Below, one piece after another: positions 20,290-29,260 of a stretch of DNA of 64,000 nt. Source of the stretch: Acidimicrobiales bacterium. GTDB taxonomy: Bacteria > Actinomycetota > Acidimicrobiia > Acidimicrobiales > UBA8190. The position numbers and the translations under genes are program-made. The notes under the pieces are model-generated. The model worked only from the letters and a program-made list of their open reading frames with translations, ran no database searches and was not told where the DNA came from. Where the stretch lies: positions 2,793 through 66,792 of the forward strand of contig DAIRBY010000014.1 of the NCBI GenBank assembly GCA_036796975.1, read 5' to 3'. The stretch's first letter is position 1. Each line of letters opens with the position of its first letter.

Positions 20290-21216
20290 TCAGGCGGAGC
20301 CGTTGCCGGCGGTGGCCCGGGCATGGCGGGCCGCCGGGGACTGCGCCAGGTACTGCCGGGCCAACTCGGTGGAGGCCTCCTTGGACGGATGATGCCCGGG
20401 CCGCATGTAGCGCATGGGGGTGGTGACGATCAACATCCACGGCCCGGGGACCCGGTACTGCCGGGCGGCGCGGAACCAGTCCCGCCAGCGCGGTCGCGGC
20501 GGCGAGGTGGGGTCGTGCGCCATCAGGTAGCGCACGCCGCGCAGCCACCACGCCAGCAGCGAGGGCGCCACGAAGAGCATGGCCAGGCACCGCAGCACGT
20601 AGCTTCCCGAGAGGTCCTCGAAGACGTCGTAGACGAGCGCCCGGTGCTCCACCTCCTCGGCGCCGTGCCAGCGCAGCAGGTCGAGCATCATGGGGTCGGC
20701 ACCGGCGTAGTCGAGGCCGCGGTTCTGGATCACCCACTGCCCGAGCACGGCGGTGAAGTGCTCGATGGCGGCCACGTCGGCGAGGCGACGATGGAGCCAC
20801 CAGCGCTGTAGGGGCTCCGGCCAGTTCGGCTTGGGGCTGCCCGTCCGGGCGAAGTAGCGCTCGAGGCTCTTGGTGAACGGCTCACTGTCGATGCCGTGCT
20901 TCGCCATCTCGTCGAGGACCACGGCGTGGGCCCAGGCGTGCCAGGACTCCTGCTGCACGAAAGGCTGGATGGCGCGCGCCACCTCGGGATCGCCCACCAG
21001 GGGCGCCGCCTCGTTGACGACCCCGATGAACCAGCGCTCTCCTGCGGGGAGCAGGAGGTGCAGCACGTTGACCATGTGGGTGCTGAAGGGATCGCCCGGC
21101 ACCCAGTGAAGGGGCGTACCCGTCCAGTCGAACCGGACCATGCGCCGATGGTCGGGGTAGCCCTCTCGTGCTGAAGCTGACCCGGAGGCGTCGGGGACGA
21201 CCTGCGTGGTGCTCAT
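20290..21216 (-). CDS. predicted metal-dependent hydrolase (PF10118-like)
   Basis: ATG at 21216 preceded by GGGGAGGTG. LHLLLPAGERWF, QESWHAWAH, and HGAEEVEHRALVYDV give a His/Glu-rich helical pattern. The ORF-track N-terminal extension is junk. Confidence 0.7.
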   Translation of the reverse strand: MSTTQVVPDASGSASAREGYPDHRRMVRFDWTGTPLHWVPGDPFSTHMVNVLHLLLPAGERWFIGVVNEAAPLVGDPEVARAIQPFVQQESWHAWAHAVVLDEMAKHGIDSEPFTKSLERYFARTGSPKPNWPEPLQRWWLHRRLADVAAIEHFTAVLGQWVIQNRGLDYAGADPMMLDLLRWHGAEEVEHRALVYDVFEDLSGSYVLRCLAMLFVAPSLLAWWLRGVRYLMAHDPTSPPRPRWRDWFRAARQYRVPGPWMLIVTTPMRYMRPGHHPSKEASTELARQYLAQSPAARHARATAGNGSA

Positions 21217-21332
21217 GTCACCTCCCCAGACATCGCGCCGCCCAAGGCGCGCCGTCACCTCGGTGCGTACCCCGGCGGGTCGGGCGCACAACCTGGCGGC
21301 AGGCAATGGCAATTGCCCGGGCGGTGCTGGCC

Positions 21333-22112
21333 TCAGCTCGGCGCCTTGCGCAACTTGAACTGGGCGCCTGACGGGTCGGTGACCCCGGCCAGACGGCCGT
21401 AGGGGGTGTCGACGGGCTCGGCCACGACGCCACCGCCCAGGGCGGTCACCTTCTGCACCACGGCGTCGACGTCGTCGACGGCCCAGTACACGTTCCACCG
21501 CACCGGCTCGCCGGGGGGGAGGAAGCCGGCGGCGTCCATGATCCCGGCCAGCTCGCCCTCGCCGGCGGGATCGCGCAGGACCGAGTAGCGGAATTCGTCG
21601 GTGTCGCCCACGGCCTGGAGGTCCCAGCCGAAGACCGACCGGTAGAAGTCGACAGCGCCTCGGTAGTCACGGGTGAGAATCTCGAACCAGTCCGGGCTGG
21701 CCGGCTCGTTGAGCACGGTGAAGCCAGGGAACTCCTTCGCCTGCCAGATCCCGATCTCGGCGCCGGTGGGGTCGACGATGACGGCCTGGTGCCCGGCGTC
21801 GCCCACTTCCGTGGCGGGCACCACGACCTGGGCCCCGGCGCCTTCGGCGCTCTCCACGCTCTTCGAGATGTCGTCACTGGCCAGGTAGATCTTCCAGGTG
21901 TCGTTGGCCCGCATGTCGCCCATGTCTCCCATGGCGCCGGCCACCGGCACTCCCTGGCGGGTGAACATGAAGTAGCCGCCGAACTCGGGGTTGGGGTCCT
22001 CGGACTCCCAGCCGAAGACCTGGCGGTAGAAGGCGCGGCTGCCCGCCACGTCGGAGGTCCACAGGTCGGCCCAGCAGGGCACACCATGGAGGGCGCTGGA
22101 TCGAGAGGTCAT
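21333..22112 (-). CDS. two-domain VOC (glyoxalase/bleomycin-resistance/dioxygenase) family protein
   Basis: Two repeats of the VOC module: GVPCWADLWTSDVAGSRAFYRQVFGWE and DWFEILTRDYRGAVDFYRSVFGWD. AGGAG SD lies before ATG 22112. Confidence 0.85.
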   Translation of the reverse strand: MTSRSSALHGVPCWADLWTSDVAGSRAFYRQVFGWESEDPNPEFGGYFMFTRQGVPVAGAMGDMGDMRANDTWKIYLASDDISKSVESAEGAGAQVVVPATEVGDAGHQAVIVDPTGAEIGIWQAKEFPGFTVLNEPASPDWFEILTRDYRGAVDFYRSVFGWDLQAVGDTDEFRYSVLRDPAGEGELAGIMDAAGFLPPGEPVRWNVYWAVDDVDAVVQKVTALGGGVVAEPVDTPYGRLAGVTDPSGAQFKLRKAPS

Positions 22113-22187
22113 CACTGCTCCTTCAGGTCGAATCTCGTCGGACGGTGCTGAGACGGCGCCGGCGCGGCGAACTCATCGGCCCGATGA

Positions 22188-22457
22188 GTGCTTCGGCCAC
22201 CAGCCGTCCACCATTCGATGGCTGGTCTCCACAAATGGTGCCGGGTCACCGTGTGCGGGCCCGGCGGACAGGCGGTCGCCCGTTACGTCCTGCAGGGCGC
22301 GGGACAGCCCTGCATGGCGACGGTGGGGACGCTGTGCCGTCTCGCCCTGGTGACCCGTCGCGTCGGAGGTGACGTCGTCGTCGACGAATTGGCTCCCCGT
22401 CTCCGGGAACTGATCGAGCTCGCCGGTGTCGACGCCAAGGTGCACGTGGCCGGCTGA
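22188..22457 (+). CDS. candidate small ORF with a STAS (anti-sigma-factor antagonist)-like C-terminal half
   Basis: High GC3 in this frame within an otherwise empty 391-nt gap. ...CMATVGTLCRLALVTRRVGGDVVVDELAPRLRELIELAGVDAKVHVAG resembles the xDSxG...L...GG.L.L...P.V.R.LELTGLD end of RsbV/SpoIIAA-type proteins. The N-terminal half is short and degenerate. Alternative starts are at 22218 and 22314. Confidence 0.3.
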   Translation: MLRPPAVHHSMAGLHKWCRVTVCGPGGQAVARYVLQGAGQPCMATVGTLCRLALVTRRVGGDVVVDELAPRLRELIELAGVDAKVHVAG

Positions 22458-22506
22458 ACCGCAGGCGGCTCTGGCCCGGGCGCAAGATGTTGGCCCCGGG
22501 CGAGGC

Positions 22507-23535
22507 TCAGCGGTCGAGATGCAAGGGCAGGCCGAACTGCGGGAACAGCCGCACCGGCTCGAGCGGCGACAAGAAGCACTGGATGCCTGAGATCCGGCCG
22601 TCGTGAATCTCCAGGACCTGCAGGCCCCAGGGCATGTGCCCGCCGGCGGGGTCGGGCTTGTACTGGCCGAAGGCGGGGCTGCCGTTGGCGGACGTGGGCA
22701 GCAGGATCGAGCCCCGACAGGCACTCGGCCCCGGCTCGAGCATGAAGCGGCCGATGTTCTCGGCCCCCTGCACCCACATGGCGAAGGGGGGCATCGACTG
22801 CACGGCGTCCTCGCGCAGCAGCGTCACCAGGCGCTCGATGTCGTAGCGCTCGAAGGCGTCGATGTAGCGCTCGAGCAGGGCGGCGTCGGCGTCACCGAGC
22901 GGAGCGGGGCGAGCGTCGAAGGACAACGACCCCAGCGTGGCCCGGGCCCGCTGCAAGGCGCTGTTGACGGCGGCCACGGACGTGTCGAGCAGCTCGGCAA
23001 CCTCGGTCGCCTGCCACCGGAGCACTTCGCACAGGATGAGCGCGGCGCGCTGGCGAGCGGGAAGGTGCTGCAGCGCGGTGACGAAGGCGAGCCGGATGCT
23101 CTCGCGGTACTGCGCCAGCTCGGCGGGATCGGTGGTCTCGGGACCAGCCTTGGCGTCGGGGATGGGCGTGACCCAGTGCTCCTCGGGATACATCGGTCCG
23201 AGGTACGACTCGTCGGGGGGTGAGGCGGGACCCATCTCCATGGGCCGTGCCCGGCGCTGTACCTGGCGGTGCATGTCGATGCACACGTTGGTGGCGATGC
23301 GATACAGCCAGGAGCGGACGCTCGAGCGTCCCTCGAAGTCGGCGGCGTGACGCCACGCCCGCACCATCGTCTCCTGCACGGCGTCCTCGGCCTCGAATCC
23401 CGAGCCGAGCATGCGGTAGCAGTAGCCGGTCAGCTCTCGCCGATAGGCCTCGAGGGAACCCTCGACCAGAGTCGATTCACTCACGGACACGGCGCCTGAT
23501 GCTAGCGAGGGCGCCTCGAGCACGGTCGGGACCAT
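22507..23535 (-). CDS. ECF sigma factor, SigG-like (TIGR02960-type) with C-terminal SnoaL/NTF2-like domain
   Basis: LEAYRRELTGYCYRMLGSGFEAEDAVQETMVRAW (region 2), RQRAALILCEVLRWQATEVAELLDTSVAAVNSALQRAR (region 4), then LLERYIDAFERYDIERLVTLL. It is collinear with M. tuberculosis SigG as I remember it. The start is uncertain (ATG 23535 or 23604). Confidence 0.85.
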   Translation of the reverse strand: MVPTVLEAPSLASGAVSVSESTLVEGSLEAYRRELTGYCYRMLGSGFEAEDAVQETMVRAWRHAADFEGRSSVRSWLYRIATNVCIDMHRQVQRRARPMEMGPASPPDESYLGPMYPEEHWVTPIPDAKAGPETTDPAELAQYRESIRLAFVTALQHLPARQRAALILCEVLRWQATEVAELLDTSVAAVNSALQRARATLGSLSFDARPAPLGDADAALLERYIDAFERYDIERLVTLLREDAVQSMPPFAMWVQGAENIGRFMLEPGPSACRGSILLPTSANGSPAFGQYKPDPAGGHMPWGLQVLEIHDGRISGIQCFLSPLEPVRLFPQFGLPLHLDR

Positions 23536-23667
23536 CGCCGGGATTGACGGCGCCCGCGCCGGAAAATCATCGGGGGGCGGGGAGAACGGGGAGAGATTGC
23601 CCAACCGTTGTTGCGGCGCCGGGAGGCGACGGCGCCGGGAGCGAGGCGCCGAGGCGGGAGGGGTGGC

Positions 23668-24600
23668 TCAGGAAGCGAGCAGTTCGGCCAGCCCCGCCTC
23701 GGCCAGCGAGTGCTGCAGCGCCTGGATGGCCCGGGCCTCCACCTGTCGCACCCGGGCCCGGCTGATGCCGAGCATGCGCCCGGCCTCGTCGAGCGTGCGG
23801 GGACGGTCGCCGGACAGGCCGTAGCGGAGCCCCACCAGCCGCCGCTCACGCTCGGGCAGGCGTCCGAGGAGCTGGCGCACCCGAGCCGACAACTGGTCGC
23901 GGACGACGGCATCGGCCGGGTCGGGAGCATCGACGTCGGCGAGGCGCGACGCGAGCCCTCCCTCGTCTTCGTCCGACACCGGTGCGTCGAGGCTGGTGGG
24001 CTGCCCCGGCAGCGCCTCGAGCGCCTGCACCGCTGCGGTTGTCCAGCCCAGCGCCTCTCCCAGCTCCTTTGCCGTGGGCGGGCGAGCCAGACGGCGGTGC
24101 AGGGCGTCCTTCTCCTGCCGGAGGAGCTTGACCTGCTGCGCCACGCCGGAGGGAAGGCGGATCGGTCGCGCCGCCTTGTCGATGCCCCTGCTGATGGCCT
24201 GGCGGATGCACCAGGTGGCGTAGGTCGAGAATCGGAACCCCATGCTGCCGTCGAAGGCGTGCACGGCTTGGAGGAGCCCGAGGTTGCCCTCCTGGACGAG
24301 ATCCAGCAGCGAAAGCCGTGACCACTGGTAACGCTTGGCCATGGCCACGACCAGCCGGAGGTTGGCGTTCACGAACCGCTCGGCCGCTTCTTCGCCGACG
24401 CCCGCGGCGTGCCGGAGCCCGGCGCGCTCGGCCTCCGACAGGTCCTCGTCCTGCTCGAGCCGGGCCTGTGCCTCGTCGCCGGCCCGCACGAGCCGCGCCA
24501 AATCGATCTCTTCGTGTGCCGGCAACAAGGGATGCCGCCCGATCTCGTGCAAGTACCGCTGGACCAGGGACTCCTCGCACAGGGTGCCGACCGCACTCAC
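23668..24600 (-). CDS. RpoD-family sigma-70 factor (group-2-like, divergent)
   Basis: LVQRYLHEIGRHPLLPAHEEIDLA (region 1.2), NLRLVVAMAKRY, DLVQEGNLGLLQAVHAFD, FSTYATWCIRQAISRG (region 2), and a region 4 HTH (TLDEAGRMLGISRARVRQVEARA). I prefer the GTG start at 24600; upstream of it the same frame is an AT-rich leader. Confidence 0.85.
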   Translation of the reverse strand: MSAVGTLCEESLVQRYLHEIGRHPLLPAHEEIDLARLVRAGDEAQARLEQDEDLSEAERAGLRHAAGVGEEAAERFVNANLRLVVAMAKRYQWSRLSLLDLVQEGNLGLLQAVHAFDGSMGFRFSTYATWCIRQAISRGIDKAARPIRLPSGVAQQVKLLRQEKDALHRRLARPPTAKELGEALGWTTAAVQALEALPGQPTSLDAPVSDEDEGGLASRLADVDAPDPADAVVRDQLSARVRQLLGRLPERERRLVGLRYGLSGDRPRTLDEAGRMLGISRARVRQVEARAIQALQHSLAEAGLAELLAS

Positions 24601-24905
24601 TTGAGCAACCGTAACGAACTGCCAGCGGATAGTCGGGGGGCCAAAAGTCCCATTCTTCGGGGTAAGGAGACATCCATGGCACCTGCCCGCCCGGCGCGCG
24701 CCACACCGCCTGCTTCCTCCGGCAAGGCAACCCGCTGGCGCCGGCGGTCTGGAACGTGACGGCCGCCCCTCTCGAGCCGGCGAAGCCTCCCCTGGCGCTC
24801 GTGGTGGCCGCCGGCCACGCCTCGGCGTCGTGGCGCTCGGGCGCGGCGCGCACCGTGGGGCGAGGGGCAGAAGACGCCGCCGCCTGAGCCGACGGCGAAC
24901 CGGGG

Positions 24906-25223
24906 TCAGATCTCGTCGGGATCGACGTTCCAGTCGACGGTCACACCACTGGCGGCGTCCGGGTGCTCGCGCAGCCACCGGCGGGCGAAAGGGCACCACG
25001 GCACCACGTCGAGATGCTCGTCGGCAGCGCGCTGCAGTGCTGCTCGCACCAGACGCCCGCCGATGCCCCGCCCCCCGATCTCTTCGGGCACGCCGGTGTG
25101 CAGCAGGATGAGCCGATCACCGACCTTGCGGTACACGAGCTCTGCCTCGACCCCGTCTTCGGTCACCACGAAGCGGTCGTGGCGCACGTCGTCGGTCACG
25201 CCCGAGGGCATCGCTCCGCTCAC
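24906..25223 (-). CDS. GNAT-like small acetyltransferase (YjdJ/Acetyltransf_CG type)
   Basis: 105 aa. RFVVTEDGVEAELVYRKVGDRLILLHTGVPEEIGGRGIGGRLVRAAL...VVPWCPFARRWL. Confidence 0.75.
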   Translation of the reverse strand: MSGAMPSGVTDDVRHDRFVVTEDGVEAELVYRKVGDRLILLHTGVPEEIGGRGIGGRLVRAALQRAADEHLDVVPWCPFARRWLREHPDAASGVTVDWNVDPDEI

Positions 25224-25324
25224 CTGACCACCTCCCGCGCCGCCCGACGGCGGCCGTCGGGGAGGCTACCGGGCGACGTAGGGCACAGATGGCGGTGCAG
25301 GAGCGCTCCAGGCCGCAGGGCGCC

Positions 25325-27844
25325 TCACTCGATGGGCTGATGCGCCATCACCGCCGGCTCCCGTCCGGCGAGCAGCCATCCCACGGCGGTGGCGGCGAGT
25401 GGCGTGCCCACGAGGATGAGGAGGAGATTGCGCACGGGCACGTTCCCGAGCGCGGAGATCCCTCCTTCTAGCGAATTGGACCGGAGGAAGCCGATCACAC
25501 CGACATAGCCGGCCACGGTGCCGAGCAGCGCCCCGAGGAAGCCGAGCCCTCCAGCGGTGGCGGCGGTGAGCGTGCGACGGGTGCGGCTGCCCGCTCCCGT
25601 GGCGGCGAGCGTGCGCAGGTCGCCCGCCGTCTCGGCGCGGATGAGGCCGACGCTCATGGCCAGGATGGCGAGAGCCAGGGCGATACCGAAGACGGTGGCC
25701 CAATTGACCACCTGGGCCGAGGTGGGCTGGTCGTTCTTCGTCTCGAGCGTCATCCCGGCGCTGGACGCGGCCAGACGGGCGTTCGAGATCTGCGAGGCGG
25801 TGAGGGGATGTGCGGTCTCGATGAGCCACCCGGCCACCTGGAGCTGCGACTCGAGGCCGAGCTTCTGCACCGCCTGCTCCGTGATCACCGTGTTGGGCGC
25901 CGACACCCCCGACGGCAAGCTGCCCACTTGTTGGATGACCGGCGTGCTCGTGCCCCCGGTCGTGCACGGGTTCTGGAAGATCTTCCCGTCCACGTTCTGG
26001 GGCGCCGCGAACTGGTTGCACCAGTCGAGATGCATGTTGGAGAGGGTGGCCAATCCCGGCCGCATGCTGAGGATGTCAGCGGCGGGGCTGACGGCGGAGG
26101 CCCTGATCCCGAAGGCGTGAAGGAGCGCCGGAGTGGCGACATAGATCGATCCGTTCCAGTTGCGTCCCGGGGCGTTGCGGCTCAGGGACGCGCTCATCGA
26201 CTCGAGCTCGACGACATGTTGGGCGCCGAGAGCCGACGCCACGGCATGGGCCTTGGTGCCCATGGCCTGGACCTGGTCTCCGGTGGGTGCCTTGGGACAG
26301 ACGCCCGGGGGACACGGGGGTGTGTAGCCGGGACCGGTGGGCGTGTACAGGATCAGTTGGTTGGACGCCAGGTTTGGCCCGGCGTAGTCCAGCGCATTGG
26401 CGTAGCGCACCGAGGCGACGATGACGATGATGACGGCGATCAACACCCCGATGCTGATGGCGGCCAGGGCCGAGCCCGAGCGGGCCCGGTAGCGAGCCAG
26501 GTCGCGCAGGGCCAGGCGCACCGCAACAGGGGCGCGCCGGCCCAGCCACGCCAGCGCCGACAAACAGAAGGGCGCCAGCAGGATCACGCCCGGCAGGAGG
26601 GCGACCAGCCCGAGCACGACCTCTTTCATGCCGCCACCGGTGTGGGCCTGGCTCCCGGCCCAGCTGAGGAAGAAGAAGGCGATCACCATGCAGACGATGC
26701 CGGGCACAGCCGAACGGTGGACCTTCCTCGGGGGAGCCGGTCGTCCCGACAGGGCGGTGACGACGGGGATCCTGGTCACGGCCCGGGCCGGCCGGGAGGC
26801 GGCGAAGTAGGTGGACAGCACGGCGAGGACCATGGCGAGCACGACGACCAGCCAGGGCAGCGCCCACAGACCGATGACGTGATGGGAGCTCGACTCGAGA
26901 CGGGGCCGGTAGGCGAACCACAGCAGAATGCCGACCGCTGTCCCGAGGAGCGCCCCCGCCACCCCCACCACCACGCCGTTGGCCCGCACCACGAACGAGA
27001 CGTTCTTGTCGGTGGCGCCCAGTGAGGCCAGCATCCCGAGCGACCGCAGCCGGCGCTGGGCCAGGACGGTGAACCCCCCCACCGCCACCAGGGCGATGAG
27101 GATCATGCCCACGGTGAGCCCGGCCAGGGAGATGGTCTCGGGGTTGAAGGCGTTGGTGTTGGCCGGCGCGCGACCTTGGACGTTCGAGCCGATGGCGCGG
27201 GCGGGAACCGGTTGACCGTCGAAGAGCACGGTGACGGTGTTCGGCGCCGGCACTTGCCCCGGCGGCACCAGGGCGAACTCGTCGAGGAGGCTTTGTGGGT
27301 TCTCGACGAGACCGACCACTCGGCGGGTCATCGGACCCTGGCGCCATAGGTCGCCGATGTGGAGGTGGAGCTCGGAGGCGAGAGCCGGGGCCAGTGCCAC
27401 CTGGCCCGCGCCGGCCGGGCAGTGCCCGGAGAGGAGCGAGAGCATGGGTCGTCCGTACGGGCCCCTCGGGTCCTGGGCACGCAGGAAGTAGGTGCTGACC
27501 GTCCCCGGCACGGCCAGCGTCTCGTTCTCGATCACGTCCACCGCCCCGAAGCGGTGCTCGAGGGCGGCGATGCCAGCCGACACATGCGGGTCGCCGCCCT
27601 GGAAGGAGGCGAGGTCCTGGGCGGTGCCGAAGGTGCCGTCGACAGGAGCAGGGGCGTTGGCGGCGGCCGCCGCCCCCACGACGGTGGCAGCCACAGCCAC
27701 CACGATGAGCGCCAGCACGAGCAATTGCTGGCGCCACTCCCGCACGAACAGACGCCACGCCCAGCGCCCGACGGCCCGCCGTGCCGCCAGGCCGCCGCCG
27801 GGCCCCGTCGCGACCACGGGGCGCTCGAGGAGGGTGCTGCTCAA
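25325..27844 (-). CDS. ABC transporter permease with two FtsX domains (MacB-type, ~10 TM)
   Basis: About 839 aa with two FtsX-like 4-TM modules separated by large extracytoplasmic regions. I prefer the TTG start at 27844, which overlaps the ATPase stop (TTGA). Confidence 0.85.
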   Translation of the reverse strand: MSSTLLERPVVATGPGGGLAARRAVGRWAWRLFVREWRQQLLVLALIVVAVAATVVGAAAAANAPAPVDGTFGTAQDLASFQGGDPHVSAGIAALEHRFGAVDVIENETLAVPGTVSTYFLRAQDPRGPYGRPMLSLLSGHCPAGAGQVALAPALASELHLHIGDLWRQGPMTRRVVGLVENPQSLLDEFALVPPGQVPAPNTVTVLFDGQPVPARAIGSNVQGRAPANTNAFNPETISLAGLTVGMILIALVAVGGFTVLAQRRLRSLGMLASLGATDKNVSFVVRANGVVVGVAGALLGTAVGILLWFAYRPRLESSSHHVIGLWALPWLVVVLAMVLAVLSTYFAASRPARAVTRIPVVTALSGRPAPPRKVHRSAVPGIVCMVIAFFFLSWAGSQAHTGGGMKEVVLGLVALLPGVILLAPFCLSALAWLGRRAPVAVRLALRDLARYRARSGSALAAISIGVLIAVIIVIVASVRYANALDYAGPNLASNQLILYTPTGPGYTPPCPPGVCPKAPTGDQVQAMGTKAHAVASALGAQHVVELESMSASLSRNAPGRNWNGSIYVATPALLHAFGIRASAVSPAADILSMRPGLATLSNMHLDWCNQFAAPQNVDGKIFQNPCTTGGTSTPVIQQVGSLPSGVSAPNTVITEQAVQKLGLESQLQVAGWLIETAHPLTASQISNARLAASSAGMTLETKNDQPTSAQVVNWATVFGIALALAILAMSVGLIRAETAGDLRTLAATGAGSRTRRTLTAATAGGLGFLGALLGTVAGYVGVIGFLRSNSLEGGISALGNVPVRNLLLILVGTPLAATAVGWLLAGREPAVMAHQPIE

Positions 27845-28563
27845 GGCTGGACGCTGGGCTCGAGCAACGACTCGGGGCTGGGCGGAGGAACCGTCTGGTC
27901 GACCACACGCCCGTCGCGCAAGAACACGACGCGCTCGGCCCACGACGCCAGCTGGGCATCGTGGGTCACCACCACGGCGGCGACCCCTCCCTTGCAGGCG
28001 GTGAGGAGCATGCGCATGACGGCCTCGCCGTTGGCCGAGTCGAGGGCACCCGAGGGCTCGTCGGCCAACACCAGATGGCGCTCCCCGACGATGGCGCGGG
28101 CGATGGCCACACGTTGGCGCTCGCCGCCCGACAACTGGTCCGGGTAGTGGCCGGCCCGATCGACGAGGCCCAGCTCGTCGAGCACGGCCATCGCCGCGTC
28201 GCGCGCTTTGCGGGCGCCCGTCCCGTCCAGCTCCAAGGGCAGCGACACGTTTTCGGCCGCCGTCAACCCGGCCAGCAGGTTGAAGTCCTGGAAGACATAA
28301 CCGACGGTGCGCCGTCGCAGACGAGCCTTGTCGTTGTGGGACATGTTCGACAGCGAACGACCGTCGATCAGCACCTCGCCGCTGGTGGGCTCCTCCAGGC
28401 TTCCGGCGATGGTGAGCAGCGTCGATTTGCCGGAGCCGCTGGGCCCCATCACGGCCACGAGCGAGCCTCGCTCGACAGCCAGGTTCACGTTCTGCAGAGC
28501 GTGCACTTCGTTGGCGCCCTCGCCGTACACCCGCGATACGTCACGGAGTTCGAGAAAGCTCAT
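27841..28563 (-). CDS. ABC transporter ATP-binding protein (MacB/LolD-like)
   Basis: Walker A GPSGSGKST, Q-loop, signature LSGGERQRVAIARA, Walker B LVLADEPSGALD. Confidence 0.95.
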   Translation of the reverse strand: MSFLELRDVSRVYGEGANEVHALQNVNLAVERGSLVAVMGPSGSGKSTLLTIAGSLEEPTSGEVLIDGRSLSNMSHNDKARLRRRTVGYVFQDFNLLAGLTAAENVSLPLELDGTGARKARDAAMAVLDELGLVDRAGHYPDQLSGGERQRVAIARAIVGERHLVLADEPSGALDSANGEAVMRMLLTACKGGVAAVVVTHDAQLASWAERVVFLRDGRVVDQTVPPPSPESLLEPSVQP

Positions 28564-29138
28564 CGCCGGACCGCCAATCTCCGCCGGAGTACGGGTGGTG
28601 GTGCGCCGGCGGCTGCGGGCTCAGCGTCGGCGCGCTTGAGCCTGCCATCGGCGGCGTCCAGCCAGCGGATCACCGAGTCCAGGCGGAACAGCTCGGCGTC
28701 CACAACCAGCGCCAGTGCCAGGTCGAACTCGGCCTCGTCCTCCTTGAGCCGCGTCCACTGCTGCATGAGCTCGACCAGGTAGCGGCGATGGACCTGGAGG
28801 ACCTCCCGCACGTCGACGCCGGGCAACTGCACGGCCACGAGCACCTTGATGACCAGTTCGTCCCGGGGAGGAGAGGTCAGGTCGGGCGGGGTGCGCAGCC
28901 AGCGGTCGAGCTCCTCCTGGCCCTGGGCGGTGATGCGGAAGTCCTTCTGGGGGCCTTCGGCCTCGGCGTCGTCGGACGCCACCAGGCCGTCTCGCTCCAG
29001 GCGCTGCAAGGTCGTGTACACCTGCCCCACGTTGAGGGGCCAGACCTCTCCGGTGCGGGCCTCGAATTCCTGGCGCAGCTGGTGGCCGTACTTGGGGCCC
29101 TCGCTCAGCAGACCGAGCAGGGCGTGACGCACACTCAC
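28560..29138 (-). CDS. PadR-family transcriptional regulator
   Basis: MSVRHALLGLLSEGPKYGHQLRQEFEARTGEVWPLNVGQVYTTLQRLERDGLV is a PadR wHTH, followed by a C-terminal dimerisation domain. Its stop overlaps the ATPase start (ATGA). Confidence 0.9.
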   Translation of the reverse strand: MSVRHALLGLLSEGPKYGHQLRQEFEARTGEVWPLNVGQVYTTLQRLERDGLVASDDAEAEGPQKDFRITAQGQEELDRWLRTPPDLTSPPRDELVIKVLVAVQLPGVDVREVLQVHRRYLVELMQQWTRLKEDEAEFDLALALVVDAELFRLDSVIRWLDAADGRLKRADAEPAAAGAPPPVLRRRLAVRR

Positions 29139-29155
29139 CTGGGCTCCTCGGCGAA

Positions 29156-29174
29156 TAGCATACTGAGTATGCTA
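29156..29174. promoter_or_regulatory. perfect 19-bp palindrome, candidate PadR operator
   Basis: TAGCATACT-G-AGTATGCTA has perfect 9-bp arms. It lies 18-36 nt upstream of the padR start codon and overlaps the predicted -10 element. Confidence 0.55.
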
Positions 29175-29196
29175 CCCGGCTGCACCGAGCTGTCAA
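29169..29196 (-). promoter_or_regulatory. sigma-70-type promoter TTGACA-16-TAGCAT of the padR-ABC operon
   Basis: The minus strand reads TTGACA (29196..29191), a 16-nt spacer, then TAGCAT (29174..29169). The -10 lies inside the palindrome. Confidence 0.5.
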
Positions 29197-29260
29197 GGCC
29201 CGATGTCGCTGTGGGCCGGATCCCCTTACGCCGATGCCGCCCCTGTCGCGGGCCGGCGCG

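Noticed and set aside
24676-24759. Plus-strand 27-codon ORF (MAPARPARATPPASSGKATRWRRRSGT) with a textbook AAGGAGA-N5-ATG.
   Set aside because: It lies antisense within the leader of the sigma gene, is Arg/Ala-rich and low-complexity, and has only background-level GC3. It is kept as an alternative explanation inside the leader finding rather than called as a gene.
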